This document shows positions 1-13,072 of a stretch of DNA of 64,000 nt, piece by piece. The position numbers and the translations under genes were made by a program. Position 1 is the first letter of the stretch. Every line of letters begins with the position of its first letter. Source of the stretch: Paraspadella gotoi (lineage: Eukaryota > Animalia > Chaetognatha); the NCBI GenBank assembly GCA_051294375.1, contig CM119269.1, forward strand, positions 15,759,918-15,823,917, written 5' to 3'. Below the pieces are notes generated by a model that was given only the letters and a program-made list of their open reading frames with translations, ran no database searches and was not told the origin of the DNA.

Positions 1-993
1 TTAAAGTTTTTTTTCATGGTTGTTCCGCCCATTTTTCGGGGAGAAAAAAAAAGGCGTCGTTCTTCTCGTTTTCCTATTTTTTGTTCTTTTTTTTGTCCTT
101 TTTTTTTCTTATTCCCTTTTCCCTTCCTGGTCCTTCGTTTCAGTTTCATATATTTTTTCTGCGACTGTTCAATTTCCTAGTTCAAATTTTCCTTCATTCT
201 CTCTTTTTCTTCCTTCATTTTTCCTTCTTCCTCCCTTTTCTTCTTTCCTTCCTTCATTCATTCATTCATTCCTTTCTCCTTCCTTCCGTCCTTCCTTCCT
301 TCTTCCTTCCTTCCTTCTTTCTTCCTTCCTTCATTTCTTCCTTCATTCATTCATTCTTTCTTTCCTTCTTCCTTCCTTCCTTTCCTTCTATCTTCCTTTC
401 TTCCTTCTCATTCATTCATTCATTCATTCATTCATTCATTTCATTCATTCATTCATTCATTCATTCATTCTTTCCTTCCATCCTTCCTTCATTCANNNNN
501 NNNNNNNNNNNNNNNNNNNNAGAACTTTTTTTTTGACCCCTAAACCGACGGAAAAAACGGATGATTGGAAACGATAAAGACGACCGATGTTGACGACGAT
601 GTAGACGACAAAAACTACTTCGAACAAATAAACGAAACAAATTATTTAATGCATAAAAGCTCTACAACTATTTTTTTTTCAAATAAATTGAATTACAATT
701 TTTTCTTCAACATTCGTCGATCCGCGCGTAAATCGCGTGTGCAAACAACGTTGCAAGCGCGTGTGGAACCTGGTTCTCTTTTCTCCATTAGTTATCTTTT
801 CCCATGGAACCGGGAGATGTGAAAAGCATGGAAAAAGCAGGGCAAGCGAAGAGAAAAGGCGCCCATGCCTCGGGGAACCTTGCCTCGAAATGGGGCAAGG
901 TCGCCATTGCTTATGAGCAGCCCCATTTTTTCTTAATGTCTCCCGTTTCTCCCTCTCTCCTCTCTCTCTCTCTGTCTCTTCTCTCTTCTCTCT

Positions 994-1039
<46 letters not shown>

Positions 1040-2035
1040 GTATCCATTTTCTTTGGATCTTTCACTTATCAATCATTTTTCAGCCTTTCCATTCTTCACC
1101 TTTTTTCTTTTTTTATCCTTTCTTTTTTCCTTTTTCTTTTCCTTTTTCCTCCCTTGTCGCCTTCTGCCCTAAATTCGCCTTATCTTTCATTTGGTCATTT
1201 CCATCTCGTATTTTCGTGTCCCCGTTTCCCCCTTTTTTATATCGACATTCACTTCCTCCTCCTCCTCCTCCTCCTCCTCCTCCTCCCTCCTTCCTCCCTT
1301 CCCGGTTCCAACCTCCTTTTTCATTTCGCTGCCTTAAATTCCTCCATTTCTTCTCTTTAACAAAAAAGCCCCCCCCTAACCTCCGCCTCCCCCCCATTTT
1401 CTCTTTTTTTTTTTACTGATCATCGCTCATTTGAAATTCCAACCCTTCGAGGCTTCGAGCCTCCTTTATCTTTGGCTCGTCTCTTCGCCGGCGGTTTTTT
1501 TTCCCCCTTTTCGGTGGTTTTTAGTTTTTCCTTCATAAAACCATTAAAGTTTTTTTTCATGGTTGTTCCGCCCATTTTTCGGGAGAAAAAAAAAGGCGTC
1601 GTTCTTCTCGTTTTCCTATTTTTTGTTCTTTTTTGTCCTTTTTTTTCTTACTCCCTTTTTCCCTTCCTGGTCCTTCGTTTCAGTTTCATATTTATTTTTT
1701 CTGCGACTGTTCAATTCTAGTTTTCAAATTTTCCTTCATTCATTCTTTTCTTCCTTCTTTCTTCCTTCTTCCTCCCTTTTCTTCTTTCCTTCCTTCATAT
1801 CATTCATTCATTCCTTTCTCCTTCCTTCCGTCCTTCCTTCCTTTCTTCCTTCCTTCCTTCTTTCCTTCCTTCCTTCATTTCTTCCTTCATTCATTCATTC
1901 TTTCTTTCTTTCTTCCTTCCTTCCTTTCCTTCTATCTTCCTTTCTTTCCTTCTTCATTCATTCATTCATTCATTCATTCATTTCATTCATTCCATTCATT
2001 CATTCATTCATTCTTTTCCTTCCATCCTTCCTTCA
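1..2035 (+). repeat. Near-identical duplication (1-495 repeated from 1544) across a 25-N gap; probable assembly artefact
   Basis: ttaaagtttttttt catggttgttccgccc... at 1 and 1544, continuing through (TTCA/TTCC)n. Differences are mostly indels. Gap at 496-520. Confidence 0.85.
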
Positions 2036-2746
2036 TTCATTCATTCATTCATTCATTGATTCATTCATTGATTCATTCATTCTTTCCTTCCTTCCTTTCT
2101 TTCTTCTTTCTGTCCTTCCTTCCTTCCTTCCTTCCTTCCTTCCTTCCTTCCTTCCTTCCTTCTTCCATTTCCTTCCTTACTTTTTTTCTTTTTTTACTTC
2201 CTTCATTTGTTTCCTTTCTTTCTTTCCTTTTTTCTTTCCTGCCTTCCTTCTTTCCTTCTTTCTTTCCTTCCTTCCTTCTTCCTCCCTTTCCTTTCTCCCT
2301 TCCTTTCTTCTTCCTTCCTTTTCTTCCTTCATTCCTTCCTTCCTTCTTTCCTCTTTTCCTTCCTTTCTTTCTTTCCTTTCTTCTTTCCTTCCTTTCTTCT
2401 TTCCTATTTGTTTTAGTTGTCTGGCATCTCGTATTTCATCTTCTAACTCCTGATTATTATTAATTTTTTCAAATCTTCCCCCTTTTCAAATTTTTATTCT
2501 TCTTCTTCCCGTTGTTCTTTTCTTTTTCATTCTTTTGTTCTCCATCCCCTCCCCTCGTCCTATTCTCGTCTTCCGCTAAAAAAGAAGCCATCAAAAGTCT
2601 TTCCTTCTCACAATGAGATCCTGTGTCTCCGCTTTCCCATTCTGTTTCATATTTTTCATGTTTTCTTCCTCCTCTTCCTTTTAACTTTCCTTTCTCCTCC
2701 TCCCTCTGTTGTTTTCTTTCCTTTCTTTTCTTCCTTTCTTTTCCTA

Positions 2747-2800
<54 letters not shown>

Positions 2801-2943
2801 TCTCTCTCTCTCTTCTCTCTCTTCCACACATACAAAATGGTCCCTTTCTGGGGTCCGAGACACGCCCATAGCGAATTAGACGACAGCGAGACTGGAGATC
2901 GATGGGGACAGAAAAGGTGAATGAGGGGGAAAAGAGAGAGAGT

Positions 2944-2977
<34 letters not shown>

Positions 2978-3003
2978 GTACCCTTTAGACATAAAGACGC
3001 TTT

Positions 3004-3062
<59 letters not shown>

Positions 3063-3248
3063 TTCACTCTCTCTAACAAAACATATTTCTCTTTTCTTTA
3101 ACAAAAATGAAACAAATCCCTTCTCTCCCGAAAAAAAATAGTTGCGGTCCGCAGCTCAAACAAGTCAAAAGGATACGAAACACAATGGATGAAACAAAAA
3201 GGTGAAGGAAAAGAGAGAAAGAAAGCAGAGAGATGAGAGAGAGAGAGA

Positions 3249-3285
<37 letters not shown>

Positions 3286-3629
3286 AGAAAGCGAAAAGAC
3301 AGCCAATGGACAGGAGGAAGAGAAGTGAGAGAGAGATTAAGGCGGCTTGTGCCAGTCGAAGAGAAAGACTCTCGAAGAAAATGATCGAAGAAAGATAACA
3401 AAAATTACTGTACAGTGAATATTTATATATCTTCATCCACCTTTGAACATTATACTTGAATAAACAATGTCGAGATATATATTTTCGCCTTGAATATATG
3501 TTTACCTTCCTCCGTCGTAAGCGAAAGAGATATGGCGGAAATAAAAAAAACGAAAAAACCAAAACATAAACAAAACCTCATATAAAAAGCGTCCGTAGCG
3601 AGACCCGACCGGCATATAAAATTCAGAAA

Positions 3630-3740
<111 letters not shown>

Positions 3741-6239
3741 TCGATCCGTTTGTCGAGGTTCTCGCGGCGTCGGCTCGTGATTTGTTGCTATGGGTGACGC
3801 GTCACGCGTTCATTTGTTTGCTTTCAGGTCAACGATTCTTATTGACTTTCTATGACCCTCCATCTTTTTTTTAAAGAATCCTCTCAGTCTCTCGTGGCAG
3901 ATGGATTAAGAATGAAGAACCCGAGAAAACTAGACAAAATGGCGCCAGTGTTTGTTTTGTGTTTTTGTAGAAGAAAATTGTCCGTAAAATAATCTGAGAA
4001 TTTAAAAAATAAAAAGATTTTCCTTACGAATTCGTTTCACCGAGGAAAGGATAACCTTGGGCGAGGACTGACCCTGAACTCTGAAGTGATAAGAGGGAAG
4101 AAGAATTTTTTAAGAAAGAGAGCCTCTCTCGGATTTCATTTTATATTTATATATTACTTTGCTCCCAGGGTACTAGCAGAAACGAGAAGCCCTCCGCGGA
4201 AACTTTGCATGAATGGATGAGAAAGGAAAAATAGAAAGAAGTTTCTGGAATCAAATTAAATATTTGAAAAAGCTTTTCTTCGCCGTATCTAGGCGTACTA
4301 TGTAGATATGATTTGACTATTCAACTACAAACAATTATACAGTGCGGTAAGAGCAGAAAAGAAAAGTTGTACACAGAATTTATGATAATATTGGGAGTAA
4401 AATGTAATCTCCTTAAAGATTAACTGCTACTTTCAGGAATCAAAAGTAAAAAATTAAAAGAGAAACAGCTTTTTGTTTCGTCACGCTTACTGAATTTTAT
4501 TGTTGTACAGCATACAACCAGATGAGATCCTAAGAACTTAGGCCGCTCTGCAGCTCCGGCCGTCTGCTACAGCGCCTCTGAAACACCGCTGAGACTACAG
4601 ACTTTGAAAGGCTTTAGAATTTCTCGTTCAATTTATCAGTCGGACGCTTGGCTGTCAGTCTGTCAATCCATCTGTTCAAACAACATTCTCCAGAGTAAAA
4701 GGTTTATTAAAAAGCACGAACGAAGTCGCGTTCGAAAAGGAAAAAAAAAAAGAAAAGTAGAAAACAAAAGAAAAAAAAAAGAAAAGAAAAACGAACCACG
4801 CCTGAACCAATTAAAACGAAGGCTCCCAATTTAAAAATGCGAAATTGAAATTTCCGTTTCGTGTTTATGTTTGGCTTTGGTTCCATTTATTTTGATATCT
4901 AGATTTTTCTTTTCTTTTCCTTTCTTCTGTTTGTTGGTTGTTCTCCTCAAACTTTGGCAACTCCACGGATTTTTCTCTTCCTCCCTTCTCTTCTTTTCAA
5001 TTGGATTGGTCTCCTCCTTCTCTCTTCTACCTCCCCCCTTCTTTTCCTTTTTTTTTGGGGGGGGGACCGAGTTCGGTTCTGTCCTCAAAGTTTTCTTTTT
5101 TACTTTCCCCTCCCCCGAAATGAAGAACTTAAAGCCAGGAAGGGTCGCGGTTTTAATCTTCCTGTCACCGGATCTTTTTCCAAGGTCAGAATTTTGTCCG
5201 TGTATATTTTTTTTTTGCTTCAGTCGCTTCAGTCATCGAACATTTTTTAAATAATAATTTTTTTTGGCTTCATGCTTTTTTTTTTCTCAAGTCGGATTTT
5301 ATTAAATTCTATGAACATGATATAATTTTCACTTTTCACAAAATTTCTTGTTAAGCATTAAAACGTTGGAATTGTCTTACGCAAAAATTTTTGCATGGAA
5401 TAACAAAAATGAATTTTTTCTGTGATTTCTCATTGGCTTTAAAAAAAAATAGTTAGCTTTTTGAAATGGACATAAGATCAAGCTTCAAACGTTATGATTT
5501 CATAAAAACACCCACCCCATCATTATGTTCCCTTAATAACAAACTCAAAAAAATTCCCTAACCCAAAATCCCCAAATCCCTAAATGTCATCCCTAAATCT
5601 TGTCTCAATATTTCGATCCCCTCGTCCCGTGCTCCAAAGGTTTAATGTCGAAAAATTAATTGCTTCACTATTTTAAGTTTTTAGTCTTTAAACTATTCAA
5701 AGGTTAGAGATTAGGGTTAAAGATTGGTTTATAAGGTTAAATATTTAGGTTAAAAATAAATTCTGTGAAAAACGAAACAGAAAATGGGGGGGCACTCTTG
5801 AAAACTATTTCCCCTCCCCAACCGATCCCCACAACTCGTGCCCCATATAAACTATCCCTACAACCCCTTCCCCATAATTCGAGCCTCCCCCAAACTCCTT
5901 CATTCTTTCCATCTCCGCCAGGGCGATTTCTGGCCTCCCTATTTTCGTCTCCCGCATTCGTGGACCGAAATCCATTATCTTCGTTTTCTTCGTTTTCATC
6001 TTCTGCAAACATTTCCACGCGCCCTGGCCGTGTCTCAGCCGAGTGTCATCGTCATCGTCGCCGTTGCGCCCGGCGTCGTCGTTATCGTCTTCGTCACGGA
6101 CCGGCGTCTTCGTCGTCGTCGTCGTCATTTTCATATCGCTACGTTTTAGCCGAGTGTCATCGTCGTCATCATCGTCATCATCATCGCCGTCGTTGTCGTC
6201 GTCGCAACTGTCTACCTGTTTTACATACATCTGTCATTA

Positions 6240-6659
6240 TTGTTTTGGCTTTCGCTGTCAATATTTTTTCGCTCCCTTTTTGCTTTCATCATCGTTTCGT
6301 TCACTATTCGCTGTCATTTATCGTTCTCTCACTTTTTGCTGTCATTGTCGTTTCTATCCCTTTTCACTCTCATCATCGTTTCTATCCCTTTTCGCTGTCA
6401 TCGTCGTTTCTATCCCTTTTCGCTGTCATCATCATTTATATCCCTTTTCGCTGTCATAATTTCTGTCATTTTTCGCAGTCATCGTCCTTTTTATCTCTTT
6501 TCGCTGTCATCATCATTTATATCCCTTTTCGCTGTCATAATTTTTGTCATTTTTCGCATTCATCATCCTTTCTATCCCTTTTCGCTGTCATCATCGTTTC
6601 TATCACTTTTCGCTGTCATCGTCCTTTTTAACCCTTTTTGCTGTCATCATCGTTTATAT
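6240..6659 (+). repeat. ~27-bp minisatellite (tatcccttttcgctgtcatcatcgtttc-like), left part
   Basis: Unit recurs at about 6355, 6383, 6411, 6439, 6493, 6520, 6573, 6601 and 6630. The array resumes right of the LINE. Confidence 0.85.
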
Positions 6660-6899
6660 ATGTGTTTTATTCGTTTACAACAATTAGTTGAAACAGTACA
6701 TTCAAAAGGGCATACAGCATTACAGATAAACGCATAAATTGTACAGTTTACAATTCAACAAAATATAAATATTTAAATTAACAGAACGAAAAAAAAAAAA
6801 AAAAAAAAATCAACAATAAGCTGACAAGATTTTTAGAATATTGTTTCTATGAGGAAAAAAGCTTGGATTCAAAGTTTTTTGATCTACAAGCAAAAATTT

Positions 6900-8551
6900 T
6901 ATAGATATCATTATATCCAAATGAGGACTTAATGATCGTACACTCTCCCATCTATTCCAACCAAAAATTTTTCTAATACCATCATTTATTGCTACATTTA
7001 CTTTTGCATATCTTTTGCAAGATACTCTTTCACTTCACTTCCGTACGTAAGTATTGTGACACAATTGTGTAGTACAAACGCATTAAAACTTCTTCTGAGG
7101 GTTTATATAAGGAATTAAGGAGACAATTGCTAGAGCGGTAGAAAGAGGATAACTACAGATAAGGGTCAAAGACAAATGCTTTTTTCATTACTAAGATTAA
7201 AACCGAGATATTTCCATCGGTCTACGAATTCAATGATATTTCCTTTAATTAGTAAAGAATCTTTGTTGATCAAATACTTTTGTTTGCCAAATACATTGTT
7301 TTTGTTTCTTAAAATTAAAACTAAAAGCATTGCTACTACTATAGTTAGCACATATATCAATCATTTTTTTCATACCAGAAATTGTTGGAGATAACAAAGC
7401 TATATCGTCAGCGTAAAAATGCTAGCAGCAAATAAATGATCTATATGGCAACCAAAACCAGATTTTCGTAATTGAATATCAAGTCATCAACATAAACTGC
7501 CCACAGATAGGGACTTAAAATACCACCCTGACGAACCCCAGAAACAATAGAGAAATAATCTGAAAAGATGTCAGACCATCTACACCTACTGCGGAGATTA
7601 AAGGTACCAGTAAGTAATAAGTCGTAAAAACATAAAGGGAAATTTTCTCTTTAGCAAACACCCAGAACCATTTTGCAAAAAATGATTAACACACGTCTTC
7701 ATGACAAAAACAGCATGAGAAGTAGAATGATTTTTTTTGTAACCAAACTGAAGGTCATCAGACTCCCAAATAGTGTCCGATTTTCATAAGTAGACATTGT
7801 TTCAAACATTTGACTAAAAACAGAACTTAAAGTTATTCCTCTATAATTTTTAGCACTGTAAATATCACACTATAGTCTTTTACTATAGAACAATAACTCC
7901 AGACAAAAAATCATTACCAACATAACCGTGCTGTATAAGACCATTAAATAAAATTTGGAGATGTACAAACAATTGTGAAGGTGCATAAATTATATGCTCC
8001 GTCTTAACAAAATCTGCAGTACTTTTTCCAGCCTTTATTTTAGATGCTGCGTCTAAAATATCATTCCAAGACAAATAGTAACCGTTAATAGAATCATTAC
8101 AATGTTTGGATTCATAAGTTAAATACTCGTTCTTAAATGAATCTTTTAAATTTTCATTTAATAATGGATCAAAATCATCATAAATACTTTTAAAGTGTGA
8201 CGCAAAATGATCAACAATTTTAGACTTGTCAGTAATTGAATCAATGATATTAACATCAGAGTTCTTTCCTTGTATATTTTTCCACGTTTTCCAAAATCTT
8301 TGATCATTTTTCTCACACATAAATTGGGTTAATCTATTTGAAGGATCATAATTGAAAAGTTTTTTTGATTTTCGTAAACAATTTTTATATGAATAATGAG
8401 CCTTAACTTTGGCGTTATGTATAGGTCCAGAAAGAGGTTTACCGGATGCCTTCCATAATTTGAATGAGTCGATAGATAACTCTTTAAACCTCGTTAATTC
8501 ATCATTCCAATAGTCTTTTTGAATTTTCGGATTACTACGTGGTAAACACAA
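6900..8551 (-). pseudogene. Linker, reverse transcriptase and C-terminal region of LINE ORF2 (frameshifts, internal deletion)
   Basis: ORF 7883-8551 (YWNDEL...WKASGKP...FWKTWK...LQILFNGLIQHG), followed by NYRGIT, QFG, GVRQGG, YADD (~7403-7417) and KYLG (~7201-7212). The DxSKAFD motif is absent. Confidence 0.88.
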
Positions 8552-8799
8552 ATCTGCAATTTTGATAGAAGCTATTATGTCTTCAAGATATCTCTCAAGG
8601 TCAAAATATGTTCATTACAGTTACATATCTTCTCACCATGAACTATATTACTAAAAGGAACATACATTTTTTCGAGTTCACTTTCAGTTGATTTTGATAA
8701 GCGAAATATTTTCATCTTTTAAACTAGACCAATTAATATAGGATTGACTATTGGTTGGTAAAAACGTACTGGGTATCAAATCTACATCAAGTAGTAATT

Positions 8800-9519
8800 G
8801 TACGGGACAGTGATCGGAAACATTATCTCCGTCATAAATTATCTCTACTTCACTAATTCTATTTAGTCAGAGAGCTACTCAAAATATACAGTCAATAAGA
8901 CTTCTAGATTTAACATTGTCACTTCTAGTCCAATAATTTTTTGGTTCAAAGTTATCAATAAGATCAAAACAGGTATTAAATTCCACGTACTAACTGAATT
9001 GCGTAAAAGTTTAGTAAAAGGATGAGAAATATCAAAATAATTACAATTCATATCAACAAAAATCAAAAACATTGAGTTTAAGTTTTCAAATATAATAGAT
9101 TCAATGTAACCTAACGTATCTCTATATTCTTTTTCCTTTAGTTCTATATTTGATTTGTCATAAAAGGGCATATAAGCGTTTATACATATTATGCATGAAC
9201 TTTTATCAAAGATTTCAATTACAGAAACACGATGTGATTGTATTCATACCTTGGTTTTTATTGAAGTCAAATATTTTTTTGGCCATAAAAATCCCGTGCC
9301 GCCGTAAGGTCTTCCCTGTTAATTTTAGAGTCAATTTTCATTCCTGATGTTTCCATAGCCTTCATAGAGATCATGAACAGAGCGTAGTGAGTTTACTCCA
9401 ATATGTTTTTTTATTGATGGACGAAGCCAGTGTTCCTGGATTCCGATGATAAGGTTATCAAAGTTTTCACATCTCTTTTTTATGTAATCTCTGCTGTGAT
9501 GAAACCCGTTACATTGTGG
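8800..9519 (-). pseudogene. APE-type endonuclease domain of LINE ORF2 (frameshifted)
   Basis: QCNGF...IIGIQEHWL (ORF 9331-9558), GRPYGGTGF (~9290-9316), NAYMPFY...FVDMN (ORF 8875-9171) and GDNVSDHCPV (~8801-8830) lie in different frames. Confidence 0.88.
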
Positions 9520-9578
9520 GTTTATATCCCTTTTCGCTGTCATCATCATTTCTGTCATTTTTCGCAGTCATCATCGTC
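9520..9578 (+). repeat. Continuation of the same ~27-bp minisatellite right of the LINE
   Basis: tatcccttttcgctgtcatcatcatttctgtcatttttcgcagtcatc matches units at ~6439-6485. Confidence 0.85.
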
Positions 9579-10214
9579 TTAGCCTCGTCCAAAAACTCGT
9601 CTCTGTTGACCCTCGTCGGCGATCGTCATCGTTAAATGGACATTATCGCCTTCATAATGAATCTCTTCTCAATCATTAGTTTTTAATCTATTGACCTTTT
9701 TATCTAACTATTATTATTACTATGTACTACATGTACTAGGTATTTTACCGCTCGTCAGTAAGTTATTAGCAGAATTGCCCAATTTTCGTGGAAAACGACT
9801 CATCAATTCCACCCTCGCGCTGTTTTTTTTTTTTAGCCATTCCAGCCCACTTTGTACCTTTCACCGCCGTCCACTCCCTCTCAGTCTCACAATGGGGCTT
9901 CACTTTATACATTCACGAATTCGGTGAAAGTTTTCACGTCGTCGTTTCTCACCCACGCGAAGTCGTCACCGCGAATTGGGTCGTCGAGACTGCGATTGGA
10001 GGCTGGAATGCGGCCCAGGGAGGGCGGGCTTATTAGGGGGGGGCGTGCCCAGGCAGGCGGGCGGCGCCAAACGGCCCGCGCAACGATATTTAGGCCGCCG
10101 AGGTGTCCGGATTGATTGTCGTCATACGTGTTATGTTTATGGTAGCATCATTGAATAATACTCAAAGTACTCTCTATGGCTTAGATGTGAACTACTATAG
10201 TCTCTGTCTCTCTC

Positions 10215-10245
<31 letters not shown>

Positions 10246-11552
10246 GTTTTTTTAAGCCTTGATTTTCGTTGAAAAACTCGGCTTTGCTTTGTTCATATTT
10301 AGACAAAAAAGAAAAATCTGAGTTTTTGATTTTTCTCTGACTCTCTCTTTCTCTCTTTCTCTCTATGTATCTCTCTTATTTTTCTTCTTACGTGTTCTCA
10401 TTTTCTCTTCTCTTCTCTTCTCTTCTCTTCTCTTCTCTTCTCTTCTCTTCTCTTCTCTTCTCTCTCCCTCACAATCTTTTCTTGTTTTTCTTTTCTCTCT
10501 CTCTTGTTCAAATAATCTATTCATTAGAAATCCCGGGTACAGAAATTACGAGTGAATTTATTGGATGCATGAAAATTCTTTTTTTTTTTGCCTCTTTTCT
10601 TTCCTTTTTAATTCCATTCAGCGAATTTTTCTCCTCGAAAAACGAAAATCCGATTAATTTTCGTTCTTCGTTCGAAAAATCCGGAGGAAATTCTCAAAGC
10701 GACGAAAGGGCTTAACGTTGGTTGGGGGGGGGGCAACGGCCTCTTCTCGGGAGAAAAGGGAAAGACTAAATTCCAAAAAATATTGATTAAAAAGTTGTTT
10801 TTCTGTTAGCTAACTATTAATCTGTATCGAACAAACATATTCATTAATTTATAAATGTTCAAACATAATTATAACAACAGTACCATTTGTACCTAAACGT
10901 GATCAAAGGCACGAAAATTATGAGCACAATTTGTTTTCCTTTTCGAGATTTTATTTGCGCAAAAATGGCTTTTTAATGGTTTTCCGATTAAAAAAAATTT
11001 TTCTTTTTATTTTATTTTATTTTTTATTTTTTAGAAAAGCTTTTGACTGTTGTAGAAAAAACGTTAAAAATCCGATCGTTACAGAATTATGAAAAAAAAA
11101 GAGGAAAGCTTAAGAACAATAATTTTCCATCTTCCTCGTTTAAAATATAAATATATACATTGTAGTATATTTTTTTTTTTCTGTTTTTTTTCTCGACTCC
11201 AAGAGAAGTTTTCTTTTTTCGAGTTTCTGACCACCAGAACGAACTTTGACATTCAAGCGTTTAACCCCAGAAAATTATTTACGACTCAGTGCTTCTTTTT
11301 TTCCCGGTTTTCCAGCTTCGACCGAAGGGAAACTAATATAATGTGAAATAATTTTTTTTGTACACAGCAACGTTTTTTATATTTTATACTTTAAGTAATT
11401 TAATTTTTCCGTCCTAGTTTTTTTTTCATATTTTTAATTTTTCTTTGTTGTAATCCTACCTTTTTTTACCTTTACCTCTTAGCTCTGCGTTTTCCTTGGT
11501 TCTCAATCCTGTTTATTTAGAGTTTTTCATTCTCACCTCTTTCTTTTCTTTC

Positions 11553-11588
<36 letters not shown>

Positions 11589-12946
11589 CTCTCTCCCTCT
11601 TCTCTCTCTTCTTCTCTCCCTCACTCTCTTCCTCAACAGTCACCCGAGTTTCTGTCTTTCCAGCTCATCCTCATTCTCTCGGAAACAACGGAACCGAAGC
11701 AGAAAAGATGGAACGAGAGAAGAATCTAAAATTAGAAGGAAAAAATGGAAGAGAAGAAGAGATTTTCTTTCCCTTTTGTTTTCTCTGTTATTGTTTTTGT
11801 CCCGCCATCTTCCGTTAATTATTACTCGAGCGATTTTTTTTTCCCTACAATTTTTATTTTTCGACGCTCGAAGTGGTTTTCTTTTTGAAAATTTTTTTTT
11901 TCAAAATTACAAATTATTTTCTCCCGGAAATTTCTCTCGCTTCGAGGCACGATCCAAGATAAAGTATTTCCCTTTTATATGAAGATACATACACTTTACT
12001 CTTTTACGCATTTATTCCGCGCATGAGCTTTTAAAAAAAAGGTTTCGTTGCCCAGCTTTTTTCCCCCCCGCTTCCTTACTGGTCCGCTCGTAAATCCGTA
12101 CAGCTTGGCTTCCCTGGCAGATTGCCCGGAAGAAACCTCGGCCGTTACGAGGGAAGACTCCTTCCTCGTATTTCCGCTTTTATTTTTTGTTTTGATCTTT
12201 TATTTCTTATTTTTTAATTCGGTTTGGCTTTGGTTATTGATTAAACATTCAATATGCGGTCGAAATCGGTGGAATGAAACCCGGAAAAAGATTTCGTTAA
12301 ATCGTGACCATATACTCTACATTAAATTAAATATTAACTCCTAATACTAATGTGCCAATACTTCGTCAGAGTCCACGTCGTCATCGCTTCCATCGTCGCG
12401 CATACGTGGCCTTCGTCGTCGATGCCGCTTCATCGACGCCCATCGAAGCGAATTCCGGCGCGGCGGCGTCGCCTCGCGTCATTTCCGCTCCCGTTGTTAT
12501 TTCAAGAATCGCTAATTGCAGTTGGTTCTCGACGCCGTCCGTCATTGCTTGCATTGCAAAGATTTTTTTTCTTTTTCTCTCTGCGTCTCTCCTCCTTTCG
12601 CGCTAATTCCGCTTGGCTTCATCTTATCTACCAATACTTTTGCCTCATTGGTTTTCCGCTTCTGATCGAATTTATTTCTTGAAATAATTCTTCTTTAAAG
12701 TAAGTGCTAACTTGATTAAAGTAAGCGTTAACTTGATTAAAGTATCTCCAGATTCTGCACTAATATCGTTGATTTATATGTCGACGGATAATTGAATTTT
12801 GTATCGTGGTAGGGAATCTGCTGGAACCACACGCTCCGATTGCAACGACGACAATCGGTGACATCCTCTCCTTCGCTTTTTGGTGAAGATAAAACTTTTG
12901 TTTGTAGAGAATCACCTTGAGGACACTTAACTCGAGAGTGCTTTAT

Positions 12947-13072
<126 letters not shown>

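Larger units (their letters stand above)
6660..9519 (-). mobile_element. 5'-truncated, degenerate non-LTR retrotransposon (LINE; APE endonuclease + reverse transcriptase; motif pattern most like RTE-X clade)
   Basis: Minus-strand translation across frameshifts gives APE motifs (CNGF, IQEHWL, GRPYGGTG, NAYMPF, NVSDHCPV) and RT motifs (NYRGITLSS, DDLQFGYKK, SGVRQGGILSP, FYADDIALL, WKYLG), plus C-terminal FYRSSN...LTYGSE...INDGIRKIF. AATAAA lies on the minus strand at 6666-6671. Direct repeat gtttatat flanks the element (6652-6659 and 9520-9527). Clade assignment is inference. Confidence 0.93.

Noticed and set aside
20-3562. Long F/S/L-rich and RE-rich ORFs (up to 296 aa) resembling membrane proteins
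   Set aside because: They are translations of (TTCC/TTCA/CT/AG)n microsatellites that lack stop codons. The same applies to ORFs at 16.5, 18.3, 25.2, 43.0, 44.9, 47.2, 53.9, 56.8 and 61.9 kb.
5765-6737. 288-aa ORF with His/Arg/Cys runs and repeated SLFAVII motifs
   Set aside because: Produced by (GTC/ATC)n and the 27-bp minisatellite. No domain or splice support.
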